Positions 48,247 to 62,065 of a DNA stretch of 64,000 nucleotides are shown in pieces (within the stretch, counting starts at the first letter, position 1; every line of letters begins with the position of its first letter). A program made the translations under genes and the position numbers. The DNA is from the human T2T-CHM13v2.0 reference genome, Homo sapiens: NCBI RefSeq assembly GCF_009914755.1, contig NC_060930.1; one strand, written 5' to 3'. Below the pieces are notes generated by a model, which saw only the letters and a program-made list of their open reading frames with translations, was not told the origin of the DNA and made no database searches.

Positions 48247-51023
48247 TTAAGAAGCGATTTGTGTGTTTAGCACTTGTGCAAGTGAATCACAAATCAAACC
48301 AAATATGACGAGTCAAATGGCTTTTGGCTGTGGGCTTCTTATTCGCCCCACAGACCACAAAGCAGAGAGCAACACACTGAGGAAATATTAACTGGTCTCC
48401 TGCAAGCAGAAGAGTCTGCCTAGAATCAAGACTTGCCCAAAGTTGACAATATAAATTAAAATTAAGGAAGGCTGGTTTCTGTAGCCTAATGTTTCTCAGT
48501 GGCAGCTAATTTTCTCATCATTAGCTATTGATGGAAATCAAATGAGATCCTAGCTAAAGCGTCTGCTACATGTGTGATACCCGGATGCTCGCTCTTCTCT
48601 TAGCATTGTTATCAGGGTAGAAGGGCAGGCATTTCCAGGATGGGCTCTGGAAGGAGGGGAAGAAGAGAGCAGAAAAAATTTTTGTTGCCAGTGAGAGTTT
48701 CGGCATCTTCAGACTCTGAAGTTTACTAAGTGAAAAACAGCCAAGTTCAGAAAACTCATTTTTCATTCCAGGGAAACAAACTATGGGATTGGGGGAAGGT
48801 ATTGTATTATCTCCACCCCGAGAAAATAGCTCTAGTAGTGCCTGAAGTACAATCTTGAAAACCTTCGATTGAGATGTGATTATACACACACTGAATATGT
48901 AGCTAAGTTGGCTGAGCACACACTTTCAACAAGATAAACTGAAAAACGACTAGATTTCCCAGAAGGATACAAAGAAAGGTCAGAATCTCTATCTTATAAG
49001 AACTTGCAATCTAGCTGAGAAAATGTGACCTTCAAGGTGGAAATCAAACGGAACACTATTTTTGCCAAACCTCTATCAAAATTGGTCTTTTAATTTCACA
49101 GCCACATCTACATAGACAAGTGAAACGATTTCCAGTGGAGCCACAAAATGCCCAACAAGACACCACAGTGTTCAGAGGCAATGATTACTCCAGAGGCTCT
49201 AAAAAGAGATGAAATCTTTGGTGACTAGGTGGTTGGAGGGAGACGGATTTGATGTGAGAGTGCTTATGAATTCAATGAATCTTGTGAGATATCCTATTTA
49301 TATTTCTGAGTGGATAGAAATATTCAGTTTAGCTTCCTTGACTTTGGAGAAAAATGGTTTATAATTTCAGCCAAGAAGCTCTCACTGCAAAGACTTTTAA
49401 CAATCAAAATGTCTACTTTACAGAAATAGTTGTATCAGGATTAAAAAATATTTCCAGTGTTTTCTAATTCTCACTTTGCATATCCACAGCTCAGCAACTG
49501 GGAACAGTGGTCAGAAGCCAAAACGTTATGAGCTGTGCTATATCTACACATATTGCTTTGGTCAAAGGGTATGTTTCTGCAAAGTAGATATTTTATAAAT
49601 TAAAAATGTAAGAGGCTCTCAGCAGAAGCTATTAAGGAAATCTAAATGTGAATTTTTTTCTTAAGGAAAGATCTTTCTGCAGCTTCTCAAAAATTTATTC
49701 TTTAATATTTCTTTCATATTTGTTAAATGTGTACTCAATTAGCTAACCAAAGGTATTTTTGTAGTCAAATAAGTGAGCTTTTTTATTATTCACAGCTTTT
49801 TCACAAAACAATGCAAGTTTAACATAAGTCAAATAAAATGAAGTAATTTCTGGAAATGCTATGTCAGATGTTTAAGTGTGAGCTAGCGTAAAATAACCTT
49901 AACATTCCTCACAGCTATAGACAGACAGTTCAGCTAACAAAGTGACTGAAAAATCTATAGGTAGACAGTTGGGCAGTTCTCTTCTTTGCGAATGCCCTTG
50001 ACTAATTAAGTAGAAATTCCAAAAAAAAGTCATGTGTACAAAAATAAATTATAATTTTTTTAAAAGAAAAAAATATGCATACAGAAAGAAGAAAAATGAG
50101 AGTTTTTTAAAAAGACTTTCAATCTTTATGTTGTCTTTTTCTGTATTTCAACTGAAAATACAATGAACCCTTTTAAAAAGCTCTAAAATGTTAGGCTAAA
50201 TTTCCCCTTCAATCTGCCTAGATAAATCTTCTAACCAGTACACATTTTCCAGTCTTTCCTCTGTTAGAGTCCTCTTCAGAGTTTATAATTAAAAAGCTCA
50301 AAAACCATTGACAGATGTTTTATTGTTTGGCAATCATCTGATGATCACATAGTTACTCAGAGAAAATCAAAAGGTGGAATTTGTGCAGGAGGAATCTCCA
50401 ACAATAAAGACAAAGAGAATGGGTCTCATTTAAAAAGGAAGAAGTGAGTTTTTCTACCTAATATGTTTTTTAAGAAAAGCATAGTAATGATTAAAAAACA
50501 TTCAAACAATAAAAATGCTATCTTAAAATAAACTCTCCCTTTAATTCACAATTCCTATTTTCTCCATCTTCCCCTTAGGAAACTACCATTGTGAGTTTCT
50601 TGTATATCTTTCAATAGATGGTCTGTGGTTGTGTAAGCATATATTTATATTGGAAGCAGTTGTGTTAGAACAAAAGACTTCTGAAAAGAATAAAATTTGA
50701 TGTTCCCTCATGTTGTTAATAGAATAATTTCAATTTTACCACATCTTTTGCTTATAAGCGACTCTTAAGTCACTTAAGAAATGATTTCTAACTAAAGAGA
50801 AAACATCCCACACTTGATATTTGTAGGAAAAAAATCCTTCCTATTATCTTATTCTATCAACCCAAATGGCACTTGTAAGAAATTATGTTCAGCTTTCAGA
50901 TGTGATTAATTGAGACAGAAGAACAGCTGGTGAAATGAAGCAAAGGAAGTCATTAGAGGCAGAAAGAATGCAGGTGATGTAAGAAACAACAGCCATTCAA
51001 TAAGAATGAAGGACTTCCACTTA

Positions 51024-51158
<135 letters not shown>

Positions 51159-51535
51159 TTATGACAGTATACTACTGTATTTCTTTTGTTTATAAAATCT
51201 GGTTTGAAGTAGCCTTAGAAGTCACCTGTACATTTTTTCCTTCCTCCTATTATTGCAACAATTTGCACTTTTGAAAACAAATTATATTCACATTTGGATA
51301 CATTGATGTGAGGTGGGGGAGAGAGAGCTGTTAAATAAAATGAATTTCGTAACATGATAACATCTTTCTATGCATTTGCTTACATGATAACTTGCAATGT
51401 ATTTTCATGGAGGACAGTTTTTTAAAAATACTAATTTCTAACATAAATTTCTGTTTTTCTAAAATATATGCCATCCATGTTTTCAGTTGGAAGCAAGAAT
51501 TGGATAAGACTTCTCAGGCGTCTGCACAATCCCTA

Positions 51536-51594
51536 ATGGCCCCCAGATCTGCCAAGGAGACCTTCAGGATAAACCCAAATGTAGCAGCAAATTT
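51536..51594 (+). CDS. CALHM4: Putative alternative CALHM4 N-terminus MAPRSAKETFRINPNVAAN(L), in exon ~51487-51594
   Basis: tttttcag acceptor ending 51486, ATG at 51536, TT|gtgagt donor. In frame with the internal acceptor ttgcag|A at 61999 of CALHM4. Confidence 0.55.
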
Positions 51595-51870
51595 GTGAGT
51601 TTCTTTTCTTTTTACTTAGAGAAAAAAGGGGAATGTGATATTTCCTTATAGTTCTCCAAAATATGTCCCATTTTTAGAGTAAATTATAAATGAAAACTAA
51701 AACTTAAGACAATTTAGGTTTGGCTTAGGGTTTTTCCAAGAACCTAATAATAAATCACAAGAAATGCTGGTAAATTATCAATGAAAAGTCTGCTCAACAT
51801 ATAAGAGCCACAGCAGAAGACAAAGTGCTGCCATGTACTAATGCTACAGCATAAAGATAAGCAAAGGTGA

Positions 51871-51873
<3 letters not shown>

Positions 51874-51904
<31 letters not shown>
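51874..51904. repeat. (GA)n microsatellite in TRAPPC3L intron 1
   Basis: Directly visible. Confidence 0.95.
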
Positions 51905-51908
<4 letters not shown>

Positions 51909-53194
51909 TGAGATTGTTGTGACTAGCAGTAAAACAAAAGAATTTGAAAAAGAGAAAAGTAGAAAAAATCATACCCTACCTACATGCCATGGCCCCAACA
52001 TTGTGTCCCTTTATAATTAAGGCCAAACTGAAATAGTGGAATTTCTTCTCTGTCCCTGATGGGTGGGCACTATTATATATTGAAATCTATTTTATTTCCA
52101 GCTGAGTTTCTGGTTCAGTACCCATAAAGGCCAGCTTTCTCTATTCTGCTTCATGGCCAAGGACTGTACCTTGAACTATCTGTTCAATTGGGTCTCAAAT
52201 CCATACCACAGATGCCAGGAAAGGTCAACATAAGTTTATCTTTATCGTTTTTAAAACAATAAAAATAATCATATGAATATCTGAAAGAACATCATTAACT
52301 ATTTCAGTAGGTTATGAATGTATCAGGATAAAAATACATTTTAACTGCTTTATAAAATCAAGTGATTTCGGTATAATATGAACTATGTACCATATATTTT
52401 TAGCACTTGAGAGTCCCACAGGAAAATAAATCAAGATCCCAGAAGGCCAGAGGAGGTATCTGCAGGCATTTCAAACTGAAGTATGCTAGTTAGTCACTAC
52501 AATTCTAAACACCAAGTCTGAAATTACTTAATTATATCAAATGCCCATCAGTCTCCTGACATAATTAACAGAATTTTAAAGTTAACAGTGAGTTTTTGTA
52601 TCTGTAGTATCTGAGTGACTAAAACTATAAGAGAGTATTAAAGAATATTATTTAAAACTAATCTGCAAAAAAATAAGGTTTATAAATAACTCTTAACCTG
52701 GAATATATAGAAAGGATGATATTACATACCAAGCTACAATAAGACTAGGAAACATTTTTAAAGGCAATCCTTTTTTGATGACCTATTTCGATTCAGTTTT
52801 ACACATAATCAACTATATATATACACACATATATATATACATACATACATATATATACATATACATATATATGTAAGTTCCCATTTCCTGAAGTATGAAA
52901 TAGAAAAAATTGCTAATATTTTCATATTTTCTGTCAGAGGTGAAAAAATTGACACTCATATTGATATAATTAGTCAGAAAAGAAGACCTTAAAGTGTGTA
53001 TAAAGAATTGATTATTCTTTATGTAGGAGATAATCATAATTATTCCTAGATGTGTCATTTATGATTCACTTCGCTGAACACTGTCTTTCCTCCACTAAAA
53101 ATTCTTATAGCATCAGTTTTTAAAATCAATCAGAAATCACTCAAGAAAACATTTTCTCTGAAGTAGAAAAAATCTCTTTGTAGAAAGATCTTAC

Positions 53195-53236
53195 TATTTT
53201 ATGGTATTCTGGTCTTCGGTGTGCAGGGCGAGACAT
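53195..53236 (-). CDS. TRAPPC3L: TRAPPC3L (BET3-like) coding exon 1, MSRPAHRRPEYHKI
   Basis: Minus strand reads ATG TCT CGC CCT GCA CAC CGA AGA CCA GAA TAC CAT AAA ATA then gtaag donor. 42 nt, phase 0, joins exon 2 in frame. Confidence 0.95.
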
Positions 53237-55765
53237 AGTGCTTGATAGATGAAGAATATGATCTTCAATTTCTCTTCTTTTGCCTGTTTCTTAGAGGTGT
53301 ATCAGTCCATGTCTTTTTGTTTTGTTTTTGTAAGCTCTTCCTCGCTTTGAGACAGGAGTGCTGCTTCTGCACTCTGCTGCTTTTGCTCTTTGCTGAGCTG
53401 AAGAGGGAAAAAAACCATGAACAACAGGATTGTCTTATAGCCACGTAACTTGCCATGGATCAAATAACTGCTTCATTTGTAAGGATGAATTGTAATCTAG
53501 AGCCATAAAAGCTGATAATGTGAAGTCAGACCTGAAGCACTGCAACTCAAAAAATTCTTTAGCCCGAGGGAGTTCAAGAGTGGTGTTTTGTTCTCAGGCC
53601 AAGACATTGTTTTAAAATCAGAAACAGAAACCTTCGCAATCCAAGATAGATCTAAATGTTAGCATTATTCAGTCTTGGATTGATTGTTGTAAGAATTAGA
53701 GAGACAAGATCAGCAATCTGTAGGTAATAAATCCTGAGTTAAAACGTGATCCCTCAACTACACCAATGGTTATCACACTGTCCCCAAAACCATAGATCCC
53801 TATCTTGTGTGATTACAGTATTCAAATATATCTGGTAACTTTTTTGCTTTTCATTAGCAGCAATCAACAACATTAAGGAGTGATAGAATGGGCAATATTT
53901 TCTTACAAAACTGTTGTTCAAAATGGGCGCTCTACAGTATCATAATGTATAATGATTCTGATAGAGAAAGTAAGCCCTTAGCTTTCTTTTGAGAGCTCCT
54001 GAGACGTAAGCTATTGAAGGCTCTCTTTATTTACGCAGAAATACTTAAAGTTCAAATAAAAAAATCCTTTCACCTTGACAACTGCAGGGTGCAGAGTAGG
54101 ATCAAAATCTTTCCAGAAATGGAAGCGGAAAACTCAGTTTAGGAAAGTAATTTTCTTCTACTTATAGTTTGAGTCCATTAGTCCTATTTGTTCTGGAAAA
54201 TTCTTGCTATAAAGTGACAAACTCAAGAATACTTTGACGAAAAGTGTGGTGTAGTTGAAAGAACCTAGGAGGATTTGGAAGGCTCAGGCTGTTGCAGCCC
54301 TACCATTTACTGGCTGTGTGGCATTGGGCAAGCCATTTTATTGCTCTATGACTCAGTTTCCACATTTGCAAAATGGCAACAATATCACTCACCTCACAGA
54401 ATAATTGTGAGAACCAAAGAGACGAGGCGTACCGTAAAACACATTAAAATGCACCATATAATAACTAGTTACTATAGGTTATTCTTGTGGTTGGATAAAT
54501 TGAATGGAATTCTACAATACCTAAGGCATTTCCATCACTGCATATGTTCTATGACACTATGATCTCAGGAAAATTAATTTCACTTAGTTGTGGGGTATGG
54601 GGTGGAGAGTTTTTCAGTAGCAAATAATAACGACTTATATGTATATCAAATTTACAGTTTACAACATGGTTTTCGTTCTCTTCATCTCATTTTAATTCAG
54701 ATACAATCTGTGAAATAGTACTGTAATCATGGCCATTTTACAGGATAAGAATCTAAAAGTAGAGAGGTTGAGAAATGTATTCAAGGTTATCTGGATGTTG
54801 GCAACAAGAAGGGATTTGGGCTAATTTTGATGATTCCAAGTCAAATTTATTTTGTACCGCACACACTCTAATTATGTTAGAGCAAACTATTTTAGAGGCA
54901 GACTCAAAAAGCTTACTAAGGTGCAGGGACAGCATGTTGCTGGGTCAATTTGTGGGCAATCCTAGTTCTGAGTAAGATACCCCAGAGAATAACCTACAAA
55001 GGGCCTGTGTGCTTGCTGCGAGGTGATGGCGGTACTGGAATCAATTTCACCAAACTCTAATGGCTGTGGTATGGTCACATTATGGCCATCGGGAGAATTC
55101 GGGATGTCATTGGATGTATTAGAAAAAGCCGGCTTTTACTTCAGACTGACATGGCTCCCCTCTGCTCCATTGACCTTCCAGTCAAGACACGAGCTTAAGG
55201 AAGGAGCAGAGCCCCTGCCAGGTGCTACTGTACAAAGCACAACCTTCACGACCACAGCTGTACTCATCATCACAGGGGACACTGGTTTGCTGGTTTTCAG
55301 TCTATGAAACCTGCTAGTCTTCAGCAGCTCTTAGGATGCAAGTGAGCCCTGTGTTCCCCAGACTCCTTTTTTAATGTAAATGTACTCCTCCCTTAAATAG
55401 AAGAAAGCACAGAGATGATGTTTCAAGCGGGTACATGATCTATAATGTCTGCCCTGGCAGCCAACTAGGAAAGAATTATTCCAAGATAATGCATAAGCAA
55501 AGTTTTTCCTGTTTTACTAAGAGTTCTTTAGTCTTGTTAGGACTAAATCTGGAACTGGGGTTAGGAGAAAGACACATTCTTCAGTCTGGTAAAACTGCAC
55601 TGCAGTCAACCAACCCAAGTAAATGGTGAATTGAGCTATGCCCCTATGCTGGTCCTTTGGGAATACATGGGCAGCAGAGTAGACACTTGGGAAGGTGCTA
55701 ATAGAGGATGACATCCGCTGATCTGTCGGTTGTATGATCACCCGCAAACTATCAGAGAAGGCAAA

Positions 55766-56107
55766 GGTCTGAATGTCCCTAAAATTTATGTGTTTAAACT
55801 TAATGCCCATTGTGGTAGTTTTAAGAGTTGGGGCCTTTGGGGAAGCGATTAGGTCATGAAGGCTCTGCCCTTATGAATGAATTAGCACCTTATAAAAGGG
55901 CTGGAAGGAAATAGCTTAGACTTTTGTTGCTCTTCTGCTATGTGAGGATATAGCAACAAGGTGCCATCTTGGAAGCAGAGAAGAGCCCTTGCCAAAAAAC
56001 AATGCCAGCACCTTGATCTTGTACTTCCCAACCTCCAGAACTGTAAAAAATAAATTTCTGGTGTTTATACTAGTCTGAAGTATTATAGCATCACAAAAGA
56101 ACTAAGA
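55766..56107 (+). mobile_element. MLT1A/MST-type MaLR LTR
   Basis: ggtctgaatgtccct...gattaggtcatgaaggctctgccct...ccttgatcttgtacttcccaacctccagaactgt...aataaatttctg. Confidence 0.75.
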
Positions 56108-56360
56108 AAATTGATTACTCATAAATGTAATCATTCACAGTCATTAGCAAGTTACACATTGGCACTGCAGATGAAGTGATTAGTTCTTTCAACAGTAAGC
56201 AATAGTAAAACTTGGGAATTTATCATCTACAAACTCCTTTACAGCAAGAATTTTACAATCCAATAATGTTTTCTAATCAATCTATGCTCCATCCTTTACT
56301 ACATACTTCCCTGAAAGAATGGTCTACAATTTCCTTCCCCACTTCCTCACTCCCCTTATA

Positions 56361-56677
56361 CAGATGCTCCTCAACTTGTGATAGGGTTATATCCCGACAA
56401 ACCATTCAGAAGTCAGAGTGCATTTAATATACCTCATGTACCGAGCAGCATAGCTTAAGCTAGCCTACCTTAACATGCTCAGAACACTTACATTAGCCTA
56501 CAGTTGAGCAAAATCATCTAACAGAAAGCCTATTTCATAATAAAGTATTGAATATCTCATGTAATTTATTGAATACTGCACTGACAATAAAAAACAGAAT
56601 GGTTGTGTGCATGTTTGATGTAGGGTTTCTCCTGAATGTGTATTGCCTTCACACAATTGTAAGGTGGGGACCATCTG
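56361..56677. mobile_element. MER47-like Tigger element
   Basis: Terminal inverted repeats cagatg...catctg flanked by TA. Internal tagcctacctt...cagaacacttacattagcctacagttg. Confidence 0.75.
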
Positions 56678-56714
56678 TACTTTAATTAAGTTCATTTTTA
56701 AATATAAAATTTTA

Positions 56715-57010
<296 letters not shown>

Positions 57011-57415
57011 ATGTACATATATGTAAAAAATAAAAATAAAAGTATAAGCCTAAGGAAAGATGTGGCATTTACTATTGAGCTTTACTGAACATGTCACTAT
57101 ATACACTTCAGGCTTTGCTTTTTTAAATTTTTGTGTTGATACATGATATTATGAGGTACATGGATAGAATATACAGTGATCAAGTTAGGGCATTTAGCGT
57201 ATCCATCATCTTGAGTATTTATCATTTGTATGTGTTGAGAACATTTCAAGACCTCTTTTCTAGCTGTTTTGAAATGTAAATACATTATATATTATTTATA
57301 TATATAAAACTCTCAGACAAAACTTGCTAAGTTTGTTCTTTGTATATTTTATATATTTTCTGATATTTATTTGATGGATTCATTTCTGATAAAAGTATAT
57401 TAAAAATATCTCTCC

Positions 57416-57769
<354 letters not shown>

Positions 57770-58554
57770 TTATAAAAATTTTTCTTTATAATTTGATCAG
57801 TTATTGCTTTATATATTTCAAAGTTATACAATCACAGACTACAAGTTGACAATTGCCAAAATTATTCCTTGTGACACTTTTTAGTTAAGTTTTGCCTTCT
57901 ATTAATATTATTGTTCCCATTGATATATATTTCAGTACCTTTATTTTCAAGCATTGTGTGTGGTATAGTTTTGAGAGTGTCACTCGTAAGCAGCATGACT
58001 CTATTTTTCAGTGACTTTGTAGGTAAAGTTTAATCTAGTTCTGGAACAGTGGTTAAAAGCATGTGTTAGACCACCTGAGTCCCAGTCCTGGCACTTCCGC
58101 TCATCTGTGTGTGATGGGCAGAAGTGCCAGGGTAATTTTCCTGGGTAATCTCTCCACACCTTAGTCCTCTCATCTATAAAAACATTGAGGATAATATTAG
58201 TATCTCATCATAGGGTTATTGTAGGAATTAAATAACATAAAGTTCTTAGAGCAGTGCCTAGTATCAGTAACTGTTAGCTGTTGAAAAAAATTTTTTGTTG
58301 TGATTATTGATGTATTTAGTCCCATTTCTACCATTATTTTCTGTTTTCTCTTTACCATCCTCTTTCCCTTGTTTACTCTCTCCTTTCCTGTCAATATTCT
58401 CTTTGTATTTCCTCTTTTTTGAATTATCTATGCGTTGGATTTCTATTCTTTTAGTGATTACACTTATACGCCTGAAGCCACCAAATAAATCAATATAATT
58501 AACATTTCCATCATCCCTGTCCTAGTTGTATTTTCTCAGATTCTGTATTTGTCT

Positions 58555-58975
58555 ATGTGGCATCCATTAATTACTAGGTCAAATAATGGCCAAGTTGCTT
58601 ACATCTGCCCTGTGATCAGAGACCATACTCTGAACCACTTCCTTATCTAATTCTCATACACCAAGCCAATGTTTACCCTCCCCTAAATAAACTATGGCCA
58701 GGTCGCGGGCACGTAGGGCTAACCTCTGTGCCCCAAGGCCAATCAGAATTGTTTAAGCTAGCCAACCCTAAGTGTTTTCCCTGCCCTGCCTTGCCTTTTC
58801 CACAGAGTGCCCAATAAAGGCTCTAGTTAGGCTTTCCCTGCTTCCTTCTGTCCCCTGACCAAACCTGATGCACCCCCGTGACCTTATGTGGCAATAAATT
58901 ATTTAAATGGCATTGGCCTCTTTGTGTTGTCACTCAGTCAGCTCTCTAAATTAAAATTCCGTGGCACAAGTTGAT
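58555..58975 (+). mobile_element. ERVL-type LTR (MER73/MER74-like)
   Basis: ctagccaaccctaag...ccaataaaggctct...aaatggcattggcctctttgtgttgtcactcagtca. Confidence 0.55.
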
Positions 58976-59049
58976 ATAACCCCAGAATTACAAAGGGATA
59001 TTTCTCATATTCCTTTGTAATCCCTCTCTTCTTATCCCTACTTCCAGAC

Positions 59050-59650
59050 TTCCTAGGCAAGCACTGGTCTATTTTCTGTCGGTATAGATTAATTTACATT
59101 TCCTAGAATTTTACATTAAAAGAATCATACATTATGTACTCCTTTTCCTGAATTATTTCATCCGGAAAATTATTTCTGAATTCATTCAAGTTATTGTATT
59201 AATATATATCAGGTTGGTGCAAATGTAATTGTGGTTTTTGCCATTACTTCAATTGTTTTATCCTTTTTTTTTTGCTGAGTAGTATTCCATTGTATGAATG
59301 TATAATACTTTGTTGATTCATTCCTTTGTTGATGAACATTTGGGTTGTTTCCAGCTTTTGGCTATTCTAAATAGGGTTGCTATGGACATTCATGTGCAAG
59401 TTTTCATGTGGACATGTGCTTTCATTTCTCTTGTGTAGGTAACTAGGAGACACACGCTTATGTTATATGGCAGATGTATGGCTACCTTTTAAATAAAATA
59501 ACAATTTTCCAAAGTGGTTACTCCATTTCACATTCCCACCATCAGTGTATGAGAATTTCAGTTGCTCTGCCTCCTTGCCAACATTTGGTATGGCTAGTCT
59601 TTATTTTAGACATTTTAGTAGATATGTAGTGACATCTTATTATAATAATA
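59050..59650 (-). mobile_element. Old L1M fragment with an embedded partial MADE1 mariner end (~59208-59253)
   Basis: gctgagtagtattccattgtatg...cattcccaccatcagtgtatgag. MADE1-like aggttggtgcaaatgtaattgtggtttttgccattactt. Confidence 0.7.
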
Positions 59651-60506
59651 TATAGCTTTAGTTGTATATTTTGAAATAAAAATTAGTTATTTCTGAATTG
59701 AATGGACTTTTAAAAGATTATACTTGTGCCCATCATTATTTTTTGCTCCTGTGTCTTTCCTTGGGGCTCATTTTCCTTTTTGCTGTAATATATCCTTTAG
59801 TAATCCTCCTAATGAGGTTCTGTGGATGGTAAATTCCCTTAGCCTTGATGTGTCTTTATTTTGCTCTATCTTGAATGATAGTTTGGCTGGTACTAAGCAC
59901 TCTGAAGATAATATCTTCTGGTCTTTATTGTTATTGATGAGAAGTCTGCTGTCAGTCATTGCCGTTCTTTTGTAGATTATCTGTTTTTTTCTTTCTGGTA
60001 GTTTTAAAGAATATCTATTTTTTCACATTCTGCAGTTTTATTCTGTGTTTAGTTGTGCGTTTATTTTTCTTTATATTGCTCAGAATTACCAACATTCTTC
60101 AGATATAAGAACTTTTCTTTGATTCTGCAAAGTTCTCAGTTATTTCTTCTTCAAATATTGCCTGTCTATTCCTTCCTTTTTTCTTCCAGAACTCCTACTA
60201 GACAGATTGTGTAGTTGCTTAACTGTTTTCAAAAATAATTATTTTATTTCTTTGTCTGTACTGCATTTTGGGTGAATTTCTCAGTACTACATTTCCTTTC
60301 ACTAATTATGTATTTAACCATGTCCAGTTAAAAGTTTATTTGAGAAGAGAAAATGTATATCATATTCACTTTTTATAAACCCAGTCAAGCCTAGTTCAGT
60401 GCCCTTTATATAGAAATTCTATAATAAATATTTACTGGTTAAATACACACAGAAAACATCTTACTTTTTGTTTATAGATATATAACTTTATTAAAAACCA
60501 AATATC

Positions 60507-60861
<355 letters not shown>

Positions 60862-61507
60862 TTAAATTTTTAAGCAGCATATAGCAATATTCTGTCAATG
60901 CAAGCAGATTTAAAATTTTTATGCAAAGTTAGAATATTTTGTTGTGATTTGGCTTTAGGGGCATCTAGCCTTGTTCTTTCCTTGGGGAAATCTTTTGAGC
61001 TCTTCTAGCAGAACCCTTAGGAACATTCCAGCCAGCCCTAAATTTTGGATTGCTCTAGTATTTAATAATTTCCATTATTCATTTTATTATAATTTTATGG
61101 TGACGAGATTCTAGTCTAGTACAAGGTTAAGAATGTCTCTGTTTTGCTTTCAATGCTCTATTTGCTGGTGCTCAGCATTTTGTGTCATACAAAGCAGCAC
61201 ATAGAAAGATGGAGGCAGTCTGCTTTCTAAGCAAGCCACCCTCCTTTTATTATAGTTAAAAAAAAGAAACTCCCCCCTTCACTCATACCTAAAGGAGCTC
61301 TCCCTCAATTTCTTTCAGCTGTAATCAATCTGAGCTCAGGGTTTTCAAAGTACACAAGGAAAGATGCTAGAATCCTTTAAACATGTAAGGATGTTGGATC
61401 ACTTGACACAACCAGTTAAACCAGTAAGATCCCATAAAATGGTTATAGCTGGTGGAGTCTAATGATCAGAAAGGGCCACAAGCTGATTTGTGTAACAGCT
61501 TCCCAAG

Positions 61508-62065
61508 ATGTGCCCAACTCTCAACAATATTGTGTCTTCTCTGCAGAGAAATGGAATATTTATCAATTCTTTAATTGCAGCCTTGACTATTGGTGGGCAA
61601 CAACTCTTCTCCTCTTCTACATTCAGCTGTCCTTGTCAGGTTGGAAAAAATTTCTATTATGGTTCTGCTTTTCTTGTCATTCCTGCCTTGATCCTTCTCG
61701 TTGCTGGCTTTGCTCTGAGAAGCCAAATGTGGACAATTACCGGTGAATACTGCTGCAGCTGTGCCCCTCCATACAGGAGAATCAGCCCCCTAGAGTGCAA
61801 GCTGGCTTGCCTTAGGTTCTTCAGCATCACTGGGAGGGCAGTTATTGCTCCTTTAACTTGGCTGGCGGTGACCCTGCTGACAGGCACGTATTATGAATGT
61901 GCAGCAAGTGAATTTGCATCTGTGGACCATTACCCAATGTTTGATAATGTCAGTGCCAGCAAACGAGAAGAGATCCTGGCTGGGTTTCCATGTTGCAGAT
62001 CAGCTCCTTCTGACGTGATCCTAGTAAGAGATGAAATAGCTCTTCTGCACAGATACCAGTCACAG
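61508..62065 (+). CDS. CALHM4: CALHM4 (FAM26D) first coding exon of the full-length form, residues 1-186. The next coding exon is not seen in the window.
   Basis: ORF MCPTLNNIVSSLQRNG... with FSCPC, APLTWLAVTLL and YYECA. Ends RYQSQ at CAG|gtaagt, the same intron position as CALHM5. Confidence 0.95.

Noticed and set aside
53430-53441. TATA-like ctataag ~200 bp upstream of the TRAPPC3L ATG
   Set aside because: Weak match, and the transcription start cannot be determined from sequence alone.
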